A stretch of 64,000 nt of DNA from Kiritimatiellia bacterium (lineage in GTDB: Bacteria; Verrucomicrobiota; Kiritimatiellia; SS1-B-03-39; UBA6053). The notes under the pieces were generated by a model that was not told the origin of the DNA, made no database searches, and worked only from the letters and a program-made list of their open reading frames with translations. Below, one piece after another: positions 51,801-58,948 of the stretch; the stretch's first letter is position 1; the number at the start of each line of letters is the position of its first letter. The position numbers and the translations under genes are program-made. The DNA is taken from NCBI GenBank assembly GCA_040905625.1, contig JBBDRC010000236.1, forward strand, positions 18,155 to 82,154, written 5' to 3'.

Positions 51801-54800
51801 CAGGCGCCCTGACGATGGCGGCCGCCGCCAGTGCCACGGCCGGAGCAAATATGTTCCTGCGGGCCTCCAATGATTTGACGCTGGGTAATTTGTTTGCCAT
51901 GCGTGCCGCCGTGACATCCGTCAATGGAAAAGTCCTGAACGTCGCTGCGGCCGGAGAAAGCTTCACCGGCACCCATCTCCGTCTGGAGGCGCAAGGGGAT
52001 ATCGGCAGCGCCATGACCGCATTACAAATCGAGGCGCAAACTGTGTCGGCGGTCAGCAATGGCGGGGGTATCTATTTGGATGCCGCCGATGATATCGCGG
52101 TCGGTCAGGTCGGATTCAGCGTGCAGGAAGTTTTAAACAGTGCCGCCACGACCCCGGTGGTCATCGCCGATTTGACCGGATTGCGCAGCACCGCCAACAA
52201 CGGAAACATTATTTTAACCGCTGATGCGGGCACTGTGACCATTAACAACCCGGTGATCGCCCATGGCAGCGGCAATATTTTATTGAGCGGCAATGATCAG
52301 CTCACCCTGACAGTGGATATCACGTCCACCACCGGCAACATCAGCCTCATCTCCGCAAACGGTACCGGCATTACGCTCCAGGCAGGTGTGGATGTCAGCA
52401 CCACCGGAACCGCATCGGTTTACATCGATGCCGGCGTTGGCAGCTTTGACATGCATGCCACCTCGACGATTTCCGTCCCGGGCGGTTCCTTACGGGTGGC
52501 TGCGGATGGAGAACTGACCTTGGGCAGCTTGTCCGCCAGTAAGATCTCCTTGATCAGTCGCCTGGGGGGGATTCGCCAGTCCGTGGGCAGCGGGGTGACT
52601 TTGAATGGCGGCGCACTGCGGATTTCCGCGGAAGGCCGTGTGGGAACGATTGTGCTGCCGCTGGATATTTCAGTCGAGTCGCTGGCTGCGGTTTCCGCGA
52701 CCGGAGATCTCTTCTTCAGGGAAGTGAATGGTGTGACCGTGACCGGAGTTGCGGTTACTACGTCCAGAGTGGGCAGTGATGCGGGGACTACGCCGATCAC
52801 GGATTCAGAACTTTCCGATCTGAGCACCGGACTAAACGGAGATATCCATCTGGTAACGCTCGCCGGCTCCATTATCCTCAACGATGGTGGAGACGAAGAC
52901 TTCCTGGCGGTGGATGCGCATGGAACCGGCGCGGTCCGTTTGAATGCGGCGGTGAACCTTTTGGTCAACAGCGGAATTGTTTCAGATACCGGAGACATCA
53001 CGTTACTGGCTGAAAGCAATATTACCATGTCAGGCGTTATAACCATTTCGACGGCCGCCCCCGCGTCGGTGTTTATGGCCACGAACACCGGTGCCGTAAC
53101 CATGACCGGATTCACGATGGTAAGTGCCACTGAAAGCAATATTCGGGTGAGTGGGTTTGGGGACGTGAGCTTGGGAAATCTCAGCGGTGAAGAGCTTTCG
53201 ATTCTCTCCAGTGCGGGCAGCATCTTAAATGCCCCGAACAGTTCCCGGAATCTGACGGGAAGCAGGCTGCGTCTGCAAAGTTTCAATGGAACGGGAACCG
53301 ATTCACGCTTCCTTACCACCGCCGTTGATACCATCAGTGGGGTGAGCACCCAGGGAACCATCCGAATCAGTAATCATGGCGATAGTACCATTGGTACGGT
53401 GGGAGTGATTACCCAGACGGCTGCGGATGCAGCCTTAACCGGATTAGCGACCACTACTGGCGGAGATATTGTTTTGCTGAGTACGGGAAAGATCACGGTT
53501 GAGGATCCTGTTGTTTCTGTAGCGAATGTCCGCCTCTCCTCGGGATCTGATTTAGTGCTGGGAGATGTGCAGGGTGTGAAGGTTTCATTACTTTCCGCTC
53601 AGAATATTGTGAATCCTCTCGGGGATTCACCGAACGTCGCGGCGGATGCTTTGCGGATCTATGCGGTGGGAGATGTGGGAACGCTGTTGGCGCCCCTGAC
53701 CACAAATGCGGGACTGCTATCCGCAGGAAGTGCCGGTGGGGAACTGTTTATCAGCTCTGCCGGGGATATGATTCTGGGATCGGTAAGTGTAGCGGCCGCA
53801 GGCGTCACCGATGCATCCACGCACGGACTTTATACGTCTGGCGGAAACATCACAGCGACCTCTCCCGGAAAAATTCTGGACGGCGGAGATGCGTTGGATG
53901 ATGTCAGAACAACCGGACGGGCAACCCTGATCGCAGTGAGCGGGATGGGCAGCTCGGGGAACGAATTGAATGTTCGGGCTGGAACGCTGGTCATATCCAA
54001 CACCGGAAATGGATCCGTCTATTTAAATTTGACGGTATTGACGACGATTCAGGATATTCACCTGGACGCAGGCGGTTATCTCTACCTCAATGCTGCGGGG
54101 GGAGTGACCCAGAGCGGGCTTATCTCCATAGCGGAGGGATCAGCCATCCTCAATATTACAAATGGATTCAGCAGTTCCGCCGCGTTCACGGTGAATCGTG
54201 ATCTGCGTATCCAGGCGAAAAGCATCACCTTGAATACCGGCGCTGCATTGACTGCGGGCACCAAAAATGTGCTGCTGCGCAGTGAAAGCTTCCTCAACAT
54301 GGCAGCCGGGACCTCCATTGACGCCAACCAGGGCGATGTAATGATTCAGACCGCAACAGACGCCATCCTCGGTTTGGTGACCGCAGGCCGGGCAATCATT
54401 ACGGATATCACCGGAGATCTCAGCGGACTCAGTACCAGCCGACTCACTCACGAACTCAACGCTCCCGTATTACGCCTTTCGGTGGACGGAAAAATTTTCC
54501 CCATCCTCACCCGCAGCACCCGAATGGATGTGAGGGCCGGGAAAGTGCAGGAAATTTATGAATTTGACGATCTGACTGCGGGACGCTACGGATTTGATTT
54601 GGTGGCCCCGAATCCCGGGGATGAATTTGTACTGAAACTGAATAGCGCGACGCTCGCTTCCATGGCACCGGTTCTAAGGATATTGGACGATGTGGTGTTT
54701 GTGATTCGTTCCGGAGGTCAGATCAACATGGCAACGCGAGTGTTGACCCCGGCCGGTGATATCCGCATCGAAGTGAATGGATTTGTGGTCAATCCCGCAA

Positions 54801-55720
54801 TCGTCGGTCCCGTCCTGCAGGCCCCGCTGGGGGAAGTTCATTTTGACTCCGTGACCGGGACCGGGTCGGCGGGAAGCTTTCTGATCATTGATGCGGCAAA
54901 ATTCAGAGCCGCCGCCGGCAGCGGAAACATTGCGGTTCGTTTTGCCTCGCCGGTGACCATCAGCGGCGCCGGGGTGAAACTGAACGGGGGAGCGGGGCAT
55001 GTGACTCTGATCGGGGACGGCGGCACCACCACGCTCGAAGGCAATGTGTTCAACGAAGGGTCTGGTGATATCGAAGTGGCGACGATGGGCGGGCTCCGTG
55101 TGAACGCCAACGCTTTCAGCGGCCCGGTGATCCGCGGCAACCGGCTGCTCACTCTGAATCTGGACGAGGGAACCCTCTTCACCGGCGGCAACGCGCTGGC
55201 CGTTTCCTCTGCCAATTTCTGGGCGGACACACGCACCGGTTCTCTTTGGATCAACATGACGCGCGGCACCCGGATTGAAACCCATGGCCTCCGCATCCGG
55301 GAAGGTTCCGGTGATCTGATCTTTCGGGTCATGTCTGGAAATCTGACCATGGCCGCCTACGCCCAGATCCGCAATGTCGGACAGGGTTCGGTCAACATTC
55401 GCGTTGAAGCGGGCGCCTTCACCATGGGAACCACCAACACGGTCAGCAATCAGAACAACCAGCTTCTGATCTTTGCGTGGAACACCTTCACTATCGGGCA
55501 TCTTGTCAGTCGCGGCACGTTAATGAATGTCCGAAGTGAAGCGGGGGACCTGATTGGCCTGGACATGGTCAACCTCGTGATCGGCTCTTCGCACATCCCA
55601 CAGTTGTCCGTCAATGCCGGCCACAGCATAAAGCTGAAGGTGGACGGTCCATCTGTTCTGGTCAACGGAAACTTACGTACCCGCTCCGGTGAGTTTTTAT
55701 ATATAAATGTAACCTTTTAA
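39800..55720 (+). CDS. Giant (5,306 aa) LEPR-XLL-leader protein, filamentous-haemagglutinin-like beta-helix adhesin
   Basis: GTG start, N-terminus MKNKHRHSNFDLEALEPRILLSAD. The body is built from G(D/N)(I/V)xL turns and a recurring super-repeat AxxLxLxAxxGIGxxxxxLxTxVxxLxAxxxxGxIxL. No RTX repeats and no hydrophobic Sec signal. Confidence 0.93.
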   Translation: MKNKHRHSNFDLEALEPRILLSADGADLLIPGAPEAVEVVMTSANEQQPPLPETIALAGDALYPVIEGRDLIVNAGGVFDSEGRQLATELAGLHLAADSVVIADGVEAGDWQIDAASIYMGEVHWVGGSVLNSDALSLSGTQSGAEGSSLTLAPRRKDAAISLGAEAEGFSLDSDALDYLSGSGLGELIIGQADGSHVFTIDGLDYVGNLTLRAPEMGGHFYVQSEIRHSGGALTYLGSGHTQDISGDTITTGVPINVNDTLNLVENPLVTKTHGPNTILLDTTAGGNTAGANILITGSILGTGVGEGGVLYLNAGTGGDIRIDGDVGTTDPLDGLIILNARNVIFNGNILTNFITQQAGTGNTIFGNETSDTLALKVGDLDITTENNITFTGDVTITEGDIDLTVNPASAGTGKIHFKQSVTLQDGDILIQSARNVEFTHAVDIEGSLTQIVGTQATLIRGEVDADSIDLTSNLEIRFEDEVRLAVGDMTLTSNDVNFTGGSASIIGALDNNNLPLSHLTLRPVDNTVSMDIGSPVGGVGTFQFTTTDIAALADGFDQLTFGYPAGSTNAVRIGNAIFLDPVDVFGGSALVNGTFNAKADLTVEAASGGIEVTNTQVRVGNDQIDSVWQSAAITFAALQGDITFTNGGSLRVLNQDDDDLSQGSLITLTAQNGSIINVPGSEGFMTARDLIATATGDIVLLTEIKNLTAHSTVEGDINLVELDDLHVISAITADGSITINTGGDTTLDYLSSVTDHADNFITVDVFSGSLTVGQVLAGTLGDVSLSAEGALTGFTLQTLPHVAGNVLTLSAIEGIGESGNPLLILANHVDVTNTDSGSVVLSQLTGRSGLTASVINDAAGSADHISLNVDGGNTVVGSTGIHSAADAGIRIHVAEDLRFDGDVSGSGGALTAVAGGAGELTAGVMLASGGGDVLMQIGGMFTQAADASVLSGGGHLSLLVTDDILLGTLDTRHFATPADQSTSGNASVVSTNGFVHDTAASATVNVFANELTLRANTGLGELDETTERALETEVALLAAVTVSGSIALKDQNDLSTGTTSAFTLTLLNEDGSTTTSGLISGLTAVNNNVGDIMLSAEGLLTLSTADAVETDGASVIALFGGSVSVEGAVRSAGGNLFVKAATGNISLLDAGHLISIGNAVITLEAEAGAVLASAGNIMDADLGDIHIAALGNVTLGQLNADAQVDIASINGSVRAAAGGIDTRTVITSAELALFAGVGINGPQGSTEALLTAVDKLALGGSGDDAFRIENTGSLLLDDISLSRVSYSTLLALTTTPGVITGGFVTSGEGDLELIVNGDLDIAALKRMETTGAGDISVTATGGFTMAVSSLVINVNGNIEIVAEDSVALAAVSSADGDITLRSNAGSIVDNDPAEALVDINTLGQIDLIAETGVGVESGERQTLNILADSLSAETATGGIFIHSAASFATSGLVSTGGATPISVLSDMNLDVGPNSGGVAVDASGDLVLTAGGDLTQLSGGAISAAADIRLSSAGTLTLVEVMTPGDVALTALVVTGLPATTATEITANGLLLDTVGVFGSPAQFLRTSIAGLAGTVTAGRLAFANGRDLSLTPVSVETTATSPMGALPVTPFVQSGNRLVVNGSGEGLFADIDGSLTVDADTGAALTVAEAIPVLWQTSGTQSWNDAFALGGGDSTFRSASHLSFFDGGISTTGNGDIYLEAGGDLNFATTSGINSGSGSLLADVANVILVNGALSSTASVGLLAGREISVTAIGGPAVRVTARELILNAGYKITSGLFPLTTDAQRISARSGAGGVYVANNGNLLITNTGFAVASLQADASVEVAFSGHQGGVTTTQAGAIGVNSTGTITVHEVAAVIEAFPDTANAISIVADGLGPDGNALNILFDIVTSGSGGNPPTTVYTPETGLLTVTLRRDVSTLQEIVDAINADPDFAGTAVLAAGPMDGSLIFTLPTDADFAFFAEGGRREGVLVQSSGTLTGGAEAIAAVSQILLPGESYNIRFTSLNPGAAANAFEVRLLDDGPGGNLTDGANAALVDWDAGAGQLNLYINFGATTVGTLLAAVNAARDNDSLPFTAELNGSFLSSDLDDVLGDAGVTLQSNLSANAQLRPTGTNNDINVVSAIAGQLYNQISFRFVDDGSVSTLGVRASFDDNTNVLTVYLQSGITTANQVVSALNTEGTFTASLLQEISGGVNSGAGSIQAHHFALHSGAVGVNAFANMTMSGVDNDLILTADIAGADQNGITILLVEDPGLAVGQAGALYTAGTRTLEVKLNPSFATAGNVLTAINTAAAGILTATLAPANSGFGGIELASYPQTAGGTGGPPEAIYVAGGLNNDFELVADDTLPEYENIQVFITDDGSITDGTATATYNAVPRHLILNVQSGVTTLNDLLAVLNADADIPVSGSLLAGNDGSGVFNLPARSFIGGVDAVKAAAATLLPSGVEIVLEADVGGIAENGIQVVYAINQSLPPNTAAAQYFEVDDVRLLQIQVQSAGTTLDKIDQALTAAALPFSVANLGTVGSLTAGGLALRASTVQEGNLRLSANGDISLIGRVQSQTGPVTLSTPVTGDLTFDSETARVVAISSADINLAGSFANLSSLENPLVRVYENGPISLIAGANTLASELPVNLLSGGNITIGGDGALTLNDQDLNAEAGGDIVISGPVDAGTGNITLTAIEGVAITTDGSISGEDLDLEAGDDILQNGNLTATGTGSISLTSTAGAITMGADAETISDSGTISYTADSDIAITSIASITGNIDLTSGGTISDTHVANGTNLATGGVTALTARTGIGATGTGDLKTRVGDLQLRNLGVSGDIVITEEAAGGDLRITELTQDAVSGWSVISVDNGSLTFSGAVTHSDDGSLVLGVNGNLLVQETIHLQGGDLSAGVFGNVTLGKDVNSHGGDVGFAAGGVISMNPAMTLDSDAGNVLLQATDNILVSTVLSEADVRIESTTASVLRAANDGSTNVMAAQLQLEAHLSVGSLASEADALIIEVTRLNATASNGAIAIQELNDLAVGNSSVTVRFAQIDKSSVSGTWNESQFFTQAGAAVLQVDGSLTIETISAGATVEVDGNLLIAAGADLTLNGDLQIMNGSAQLMSQADTLITGSLDVDGRSLLMNSGGLFTMDPAAVITVVDDHAVLTSVDVMTLSRVDTGSGDLALRSDADLLVDPAAPVLRLSSSGLRLEAGGTIGSVADPINLTADTLSALGMNGIHLNVTGDVDVNTVGVTVDTVNTLGFTTDPAFVEADQSDLESSAAGNILVKVSGLLEIHDGDADTLGVVTNGAGVICLETGTLDAFADIQTVDGDITINSAGVAHWVATAKVLSTNGDLHIVAGAALTMDDQSLFRSTNGSILVDSDGLLLLGSVQAANGLVAIDAAKIEDNGDTRIDIIADSLQLLSDAWIGQIGPYNAIDIDVNLLAARATAGGIALSELSEARVGAVSGSVAKVDLAGLPGTTAVSELFGLTSMAAAPISVTAAGSLTLLSNGSTTDTAHVVRAGLNSNIFLQSSTGRIIVQDAVSSDGGHVTMRGATGISLDADVPVSTNANGTLSLFSANGLIGQETGSSLSAVNGDIVLQAASNIYLAEIQTNARVAVTSTNGAILDNNVGALNVTAASLRLRAGLNIAVGSNPLNTSVGTMSARTMNGAMYLSEANGLTIAGNEALTQVVDANNVLTPTSVALQTGLTTGGVGGTIVVQTVLGALTVNAGNQVTASSAGNVLLSAQTALDINAIVSSGSGTVTLESQSDFSLAAGLQVSTSGAGQIHVLSGGALTTGAESRFVNATGNIGMVALGDITLGGISSTGRAVIASASGSVRGAGSTTFDFEVIANQLALYAEQGGVGTLSPVTPLSPFRTSVSRIAGTAGAGGLNLVNNLSVTVDLVTVSLQRVQVNGSLLALPAYNQVDLQTVAGNGSIVLQSTAGAVTLNEGGDTDGLAVSANGSGNVRIYAALTLTANVDVLSGSGHVTLRSVGNLLVNGDVTTSDTGDVYLRSDSGALTMAAAASATAGANMFLRASNDLTLGNLFAMRAAVTSVNGKVLNVAAAGESFTGTHLRLEAQGDIGSAMTALQIEAQTVSAVSNGGGIYLDAADDIAVGQVGFSVQEVLNSAATTPVVIADLTGLRSTANNGNIILTADAGTVTINNPVIAHGSGNILLSGNDQLTLTVDITSTTGNISLISANGTGITLQAGVDVSTTGTASVYIDAGVGSFDMHATSTISVPGGSLRVAADGELTLGSLSASKISLISRLGGIRQSVGSGVTLNGGALRISAEGRVGTIVLPLDISVESLAAVSATGDLFFREVNGVTVTGVAVTTSRVGSDAGTTPITDSELSDLSTGLNGDIHLVTLAGSIILNDGGDEDFLAVDAHGTGAVRLNAAVNLLVNSGIVSDTGDITLLAESNITMSGVITISTAAPASVFMATNTGAVTMTGFTMVSATESNIRVSGFGDVSLGNLSGEELSILSSAGSILNAPNSSRNLTGSRLRLQSFNGTGTDSRFLTTAVDTISGVSTQGTIRISNHGDSTIGTVGVITQTAADAALTGLATTTGGDIVLLSTGKITVEDPVVSVANVRLSSGSDLVLGDVQGVKVSLLSAQNIVNPLGDSPNVAADALRIYAVGDVGTLLAPLTTNAGLLSAGSAGGELFISSAGDMILGSVSVAAAGVTDASTHGLYTSGGNITATSPGKILDGGDALDDVRTTGRATLIAVSGMGSSGNELNVRAGTLVISNTGNGSVYLNLTVLTTIQDIHLDAGGYLYLNAAGGVTQSGLISIAEGSAILNITNGFSSSAAFTVNRDLRIQAKSITLNTGAALTAGTKNVLLRSESFLNMAAGTSIDANQGDVMIQTATDAILGLVTAGRAIITDITGDLSGLSTSRLTHELNAPVLRLSVDGKIFPILTRSTRMDVRAGKVQEIYEFDDLTAGRYGFDLVAPNPGDEFVLKLNSATLASMAPVLRILDDVVFVIRSGGQINMATRVLTPAGDIRIEVNGFVVNPAIVGPVLQAPLGEVHFDSVTGTGSAGSFLIIDAAKFRAAAGSGNIAVRFASPVTISGAGVKLNGGAGHVTLIGDGGTTTLEGNVFNEGSGDIEVATMGGLRVNANAFSGPVIRGNRLLTLNLDEGTLFTGGNALAVSSANFWADTRTGSLWINMTRGTRIETHGLRIREGSGDLIFRVMSGNLTMAAYAQIRNVGQGSVNIRVEAGAFTMGTTNTVSNQNNQLLIFAWNTFTIGHLVSRGTLMNVRSEAGDLIGLDMVNLVIGSSHIPQLSVNAGHSIKLKVDGPSVLVNGNLRTRSGEFLYINVTF
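45362..47410 (+). repeat. Six tandem 'type B' modules (GxNNDIxxxAxxxGxxxNxIx(I/V)...LxVxxxxGxTTxxxVxxAIN) inserted into the ORF2 beta-helix
   Basis: Examples: PTGTNNDINVVSAIAGQLYNQISFRFVDD...LTVYLQSGITTANQVVSALN, GVDNDLILTADIAGADQNGITI and GGLNNDFELVADD...LNVQSGVTTLNDLLAVLN. Confidence 0.75.
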
Positions 55721-57141
55721 TGAATGGTATCATGAAACTTTTTTTTCGAAACCTGCCGGCTCTCCTTGTTTTGTTTCCATTGTGGCTTGCCGCCCAGCGT
55801 CCGCAGGGGTTGGGGGTGGATTTTGTGGATGCGGTGAATCTGGGTGGAGATCTGCTGGCGATCCGCAACACCGGCGGGAGCGGGAATGACGGGCAGATTC
55901 TCCGCTCCAAGGACAAGGGGGACAGTTTCACTCTTTTGTATACGGTACCGGTTTCTTCGGATCAGCTTTATGCGCTGGCGGTCAATGGAAATGTGGTGGT
56001 GGCATCGGGGACCGACTCCGTTTTTTACCGCACCGCAGATGCTTCGGTTCCGACCCCGGTCTGGACCTCTCTCAATCCTCCTGTCGGAACTTTTGGCGAT
56101 GTTCAGGATTTGGCCGTGCGTGGAAACACCTGGATCGCGGCGGGTGGAGCACTCCTCCGTTCCGGGGATAACGGGGTCACCTGGACATCCCAAACCCCGG
56201 CCGGGATGGATGAAATGCATGCGGCCGCCTATAATTCCCATGACAGCAGCTGGGTTGCGGTGGGGGGGAATGGATTTAACGGTTCCGCCTGGCGTTCGGT
56301 CAACGACGGGGTAAACTGGTCCGCCATCACCTTGCCCGCGAATACTCCGACCCTGAAAGCGGTGGCCGCCGACGGGTTTGGAAATGTGGTTGCGGTGGGC
56401 GAAGCCGGAACCGTGCTTGAGCTTGCCGCAGGCGGCGGAAGTTTTTCCGCCGCGAATCTGGGATCCCTGTCCACACCCAGTGAAAATTTACAGGCGGTGC
56501 AAAGTTCTGCGGAAGGAGAGTGGTTCATCGGCGGAGACCAGCGCAGCCTTTTCCATTTGGACGGCGGCGGAGCGGAACAGATTCTGGATGGGAGTGCGCA
56601 CACTTCTCCCGGAGATACACAGGCGATCCTTTTGCTGGATGATGCGGTGATCCTGTCCGGTGTGGAAGCCGTGCCCGCGCCGGTGATTTCTCCCGGATCC
56701 ACGGATTCTCTGGAGCCGGTTGAGGTGACACTGACGGCAGACCCCGATGTGGACGGCAGTTATTTCACCCAGGACGGAATCGATCCGGACGACACAGCCA
56801 CCCTCTACACCGCGCCCTTTACGTTGAGCGGGGACGCAACGGTGAAGGCCGTATCCATCAAAGACGGAGTCTACAGTGCCGTGGTGTCCGCAGACTACAA
56901 CGTAACTATTCATACCCTGACCCTGCAGCCCGAAGGGTTTGATATCGATCTCACCCTCGAACCATCCCTGACGGGGTATACCTACCAACTGCAGGAGAAT
57001 GAAGATCTCACGGACAATGCGGGCTGGGCGGATGTCGGCGCCCCGCTTTCCGGCACCGGAGCCGCACTCAACTGGACCCATGTGAATCCTGCGAATTCCA
57101 TGTTCTGGCGGGTGGAAATCACCCTGATTCCCTCTCCCTGA
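55720..57141 (+). CDS. Secreted BNR/Asp-box beta-propeller protein with a chitobiase/FN3-associated domain and a PVC-type C-terminal domain (alternative start ATG 55732)
   Basis: Signal peptide MKLFFRNLPALLVLFPLWLAA|Q. Asp-boxes LRSKDKGDSF, LRSGDNGVTW and WRSVNDGVNW. Chitobiase-type motif PVISP...YFTQDGIDP...LYTAPFTL...VKAVS (56674-56897). C-terminal YQLQxxxDL...W...FWRV. The ATG overlaps the ORF2 stop (TAATG). Confidence 0.88.
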   Translation: MNGIMKLFFRNLPALLVLFPLWLAAQRPQGLGVDFVDAVNLGGDLLAIRNTGGSGNDGQILRSKDKGDSFTLLYTVPVSSDQLYALAVNGNVVVASGTDSVFYRTADASVPTPVWTSLNPPVGTFGDVQDLAVRGNTWIAAGGALLRSGDNGVTWTSQTPAGMDEMHAAAYNSHDSSWVAVGGNGFNGSAWRSVNDGVNWSAITLPANTPTLKAVAADGFGNVVAVGEAGTVLELAAGGGSFSAANLGSLSTPSENLQAVQSSAEGEWFIGGDQRSLFHLDGGGAEQILDGSAHTSPGDTQAILLLDDAVILSGVEAVPAPVISPGSTDSLEPVEVTLTADPDVDGSYFTQDGIDPDDTATLYTAPFTLSGDATVKAVSIKDGVYSAVVSADYNVTIHTLTLQPEGFDIDLTLEPSLTGYTYQLQENEDLTDNAGWADVGAPLSGTGAALNWTHVNPANSMFWRVEITLIPSP

Positions 57142-57166
57142 TTTTTGTTTTCCGGCACATCACCAT

Positions 57167-57198
57167 GCCTCCCCGAGGCGGGGAGGCCGGATTTTATT
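57167..57198 (+). terminator. Probable intrinsic terminator after ORF3
   Basis: Perfect 9-bp stem GCCTCCCCG-agg-CGGGGAGGC (57167-57187) followed by cggaTTTTaTT, about 25 nt after the ORF3 stop. The U-tract is offset by 4 nt. Confidence 0.55.
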
Positions 57199-57415
57199 CT
57201 ACCTTGTCAATAATGAAACCAGTTCTTCTATTACCTATCGGTTTAATAGATGAATCCCACTTTTCCTTTCCAATGGTAAGATTGGTCATATATGTAACAT
57301 TTTCCATATACGAATTGTTTTGCCTATATGATGCGCCCGTGTATGTTTCGGACCCGAAATCCGGGTGACGGGTTTCTTTTGTTGTACAAGCTGTATTTTC
57401 TGAAGGTGTGCTATT

Positions 57416-58948
57416 ATGAATTTGAAAGCGTTTTTATTTTTTTTCGTCCTCTTTGTCCTCCCCTTCGCCTCTGCGGAGGAACTGCCGCTCCGTGAGATCA
57501 CCCTGCAGGAGGCACGTGAGTTGGTCCTGCTCAACAATTTCGAAATTGCCTCCCAAAAACTGGGAATGGAAAGTGCCCGGGAGCTGTTTCAGGGTGAGAA
57601 AGGGGCGTTATGGGAACCGGTGCTGGTGGCCGGTGTGGATCAGGTCAGCAACGAACGGGAAAATAATACCGAGGAATTTATTCGTCAGGGGGTGGAGGAT
57701 TTTTCCGAGGAAAACACGCTGTATAATACGGGGATCGAACAGCCTTTGCCCACGGGAGGATCGATTCAGCTCTCCTACACCGTCGACAATCTTACCAACA
57801 ATCTGCAGGAGCAACGGGATCTGGACTTTCAGGAAAAAGAATACGACAGTTTCGCCGGGGTGACCCTGGTGCAGCCTCTGCTTAAAAATGGCGGACTCGG
57901 CATGGGGCTTTCGCTGATGCGGATGGCCCGTGAGGAGTCGGAGGTGGTGTTTCAGGAATACCGCCGGCAGCTCATGCAGTCGCTCGGTCAAACTGAGGCG
58001 GCCTATTGGGAATTGCGTATTGCCCAGGAACGGGTTTTGCTGCGGGAAAAATCGGTCGCGGTGGCGGAAAAGATTTTAGAGGACAACCGCGCCCGGGTGG
58101 AAAACGGTAAAATGTCTCAACTTGAAGTGCAGGAGGCGGAAGCCGGGGTCGCCACCCGGAACAGTCAGCTGTTGGAGGCCCGGTTGCGGCTGGAGGAGAC
58201 CTCCAACCGGCTGCTGCAGTTCTTTTCACTGCCGGAACTCGATCCCGGCATGACCCTGGTGGCGGTGGACAGCCCGTCCTTACATGAAGCGCCGGAGATT
58301 GATCTGAATGATTTGCGGACAAAAACCCTGCACTATCATCCGGATATTCTGATCCGGGATCACCGGATTGCCCAGGATGAGCTGCGGGTGAATTATGCAA
58401 AGAATCAGTTGCTGCCGCAATTGGATTTGCGCGCGTCCTACGGCTACAACGGCTTGGGTGAATCCCAGTCCGATGCCTTTGATGCGGTGCAGGAGGGGGA
58501 CTATCCCTCGTGGCTGGTCGGAGTCGAGTTACGGGTGCCTTTGGGGGGTGGACAGCGTCAGCGGGCGGAAAAACAGGCGGCTGAAAACCGGCTCGCTCAG
58601 GGCAAACTCGGGGTGGCGGCGGTGCGTCAGCAGGTGGTGCAGGGCCTGCACACCAGCATCTCCCGGGTAAAAAATTATTTTAATCAGGCCAAAAATTTTC
58701 AGCAGGTTTCAGAAATGAATCAGGCAATTTTGGATAGCGAATTGACCCGTCTGGAAGCCGGACGCAGTGACAGCCGCAAAGTGCTGGATGCGGAGGAGAA
58801 ATGGACGCAGGCCCGGGAGGCGCAGGCTGCCAGCCTCACCCGCCTGGCCGTGGCCAAAGTGGAAATGGACCTGTCCTCCGGCACCTTGTTAATGAAACTG
58901 GGCATTGACCCGATGGTCAATGAAACCAACACCGGAGAAAGCAAGTGA
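57416..58948 (+). CDS. TolC-family outer membrane efflux/secretion channel
   Basis: Signal peptide ending ASA|E. OEP-type motifs ITLQEARELVLLNN, QPLPTGG, TEAAYWEL, AKNQLLPQLDL, W-x-VG-x-xL-x-VPL, and a C-terminal LEAGRS...VLDAE helix. Confidence 0.92.
   Translation: MNLKAFLFFFVLFVLPFASAEELPLREITLQEARELVLLNNFEIASQKLGMESARELFQGEKGALWEPVLVAGVDQVSNERENNTEEFIRQGVEDFSEENTLYNTGIEQPLPTGGSIQLSYTVDNLTNNLQEQRDLDFQEKEYDSFAGVTLVQPLLKNGGLGMGLSLMRMAREESEVVFQEYRRQLMQSLGQTEAAYWELRIAQERVLLREKSVAVAEKILEDNRARVENGKMSQLEVQEAEAGVATRNSQLLEARLRLEETSNRLLQFFSLPELDPGMTLVAVDSPSLHEAPEIDLNDLRTKTLHYHPDILIRDHRIAQDELRVNYAKNQLLPQLDLRASYGYNGLGESQSDAFDAVQEGDYPSWLVGVELRVPLGGGQRQRAEKQAAENRLAQGKLGVAAVRQQVVQGLHTSISRVKNYFNQAKNFQQVSEMNQAILDSELTRLEAGRSDSRKVLDAEEKWTQAREAQAASLTRLAVAKVEMDLSSGTLLMKLGIDPMVNETNTGESK

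Noticed and set aside
55685-55720. C-terminal YINVTF of ORF2 as an autotransporter beta-signal
   Set aside because: A terminal Phe is present, but the preceding 300 aa continue the beta-helix pattern rather than a 12-strand barrel, and there is no Sec signal.
57204-57234. Sigma70 promoter TTGTCA...TATTAC
   Set aside because: The spacing is 19 nt and the -10 box is weak, which is not enough to call.
57165-57368. 67-aa ORF in the intergenic region
   Set aside because: It starts in the terminator-like hairpin, is AT-rich with atypical codon usage, and has no recognisable features.
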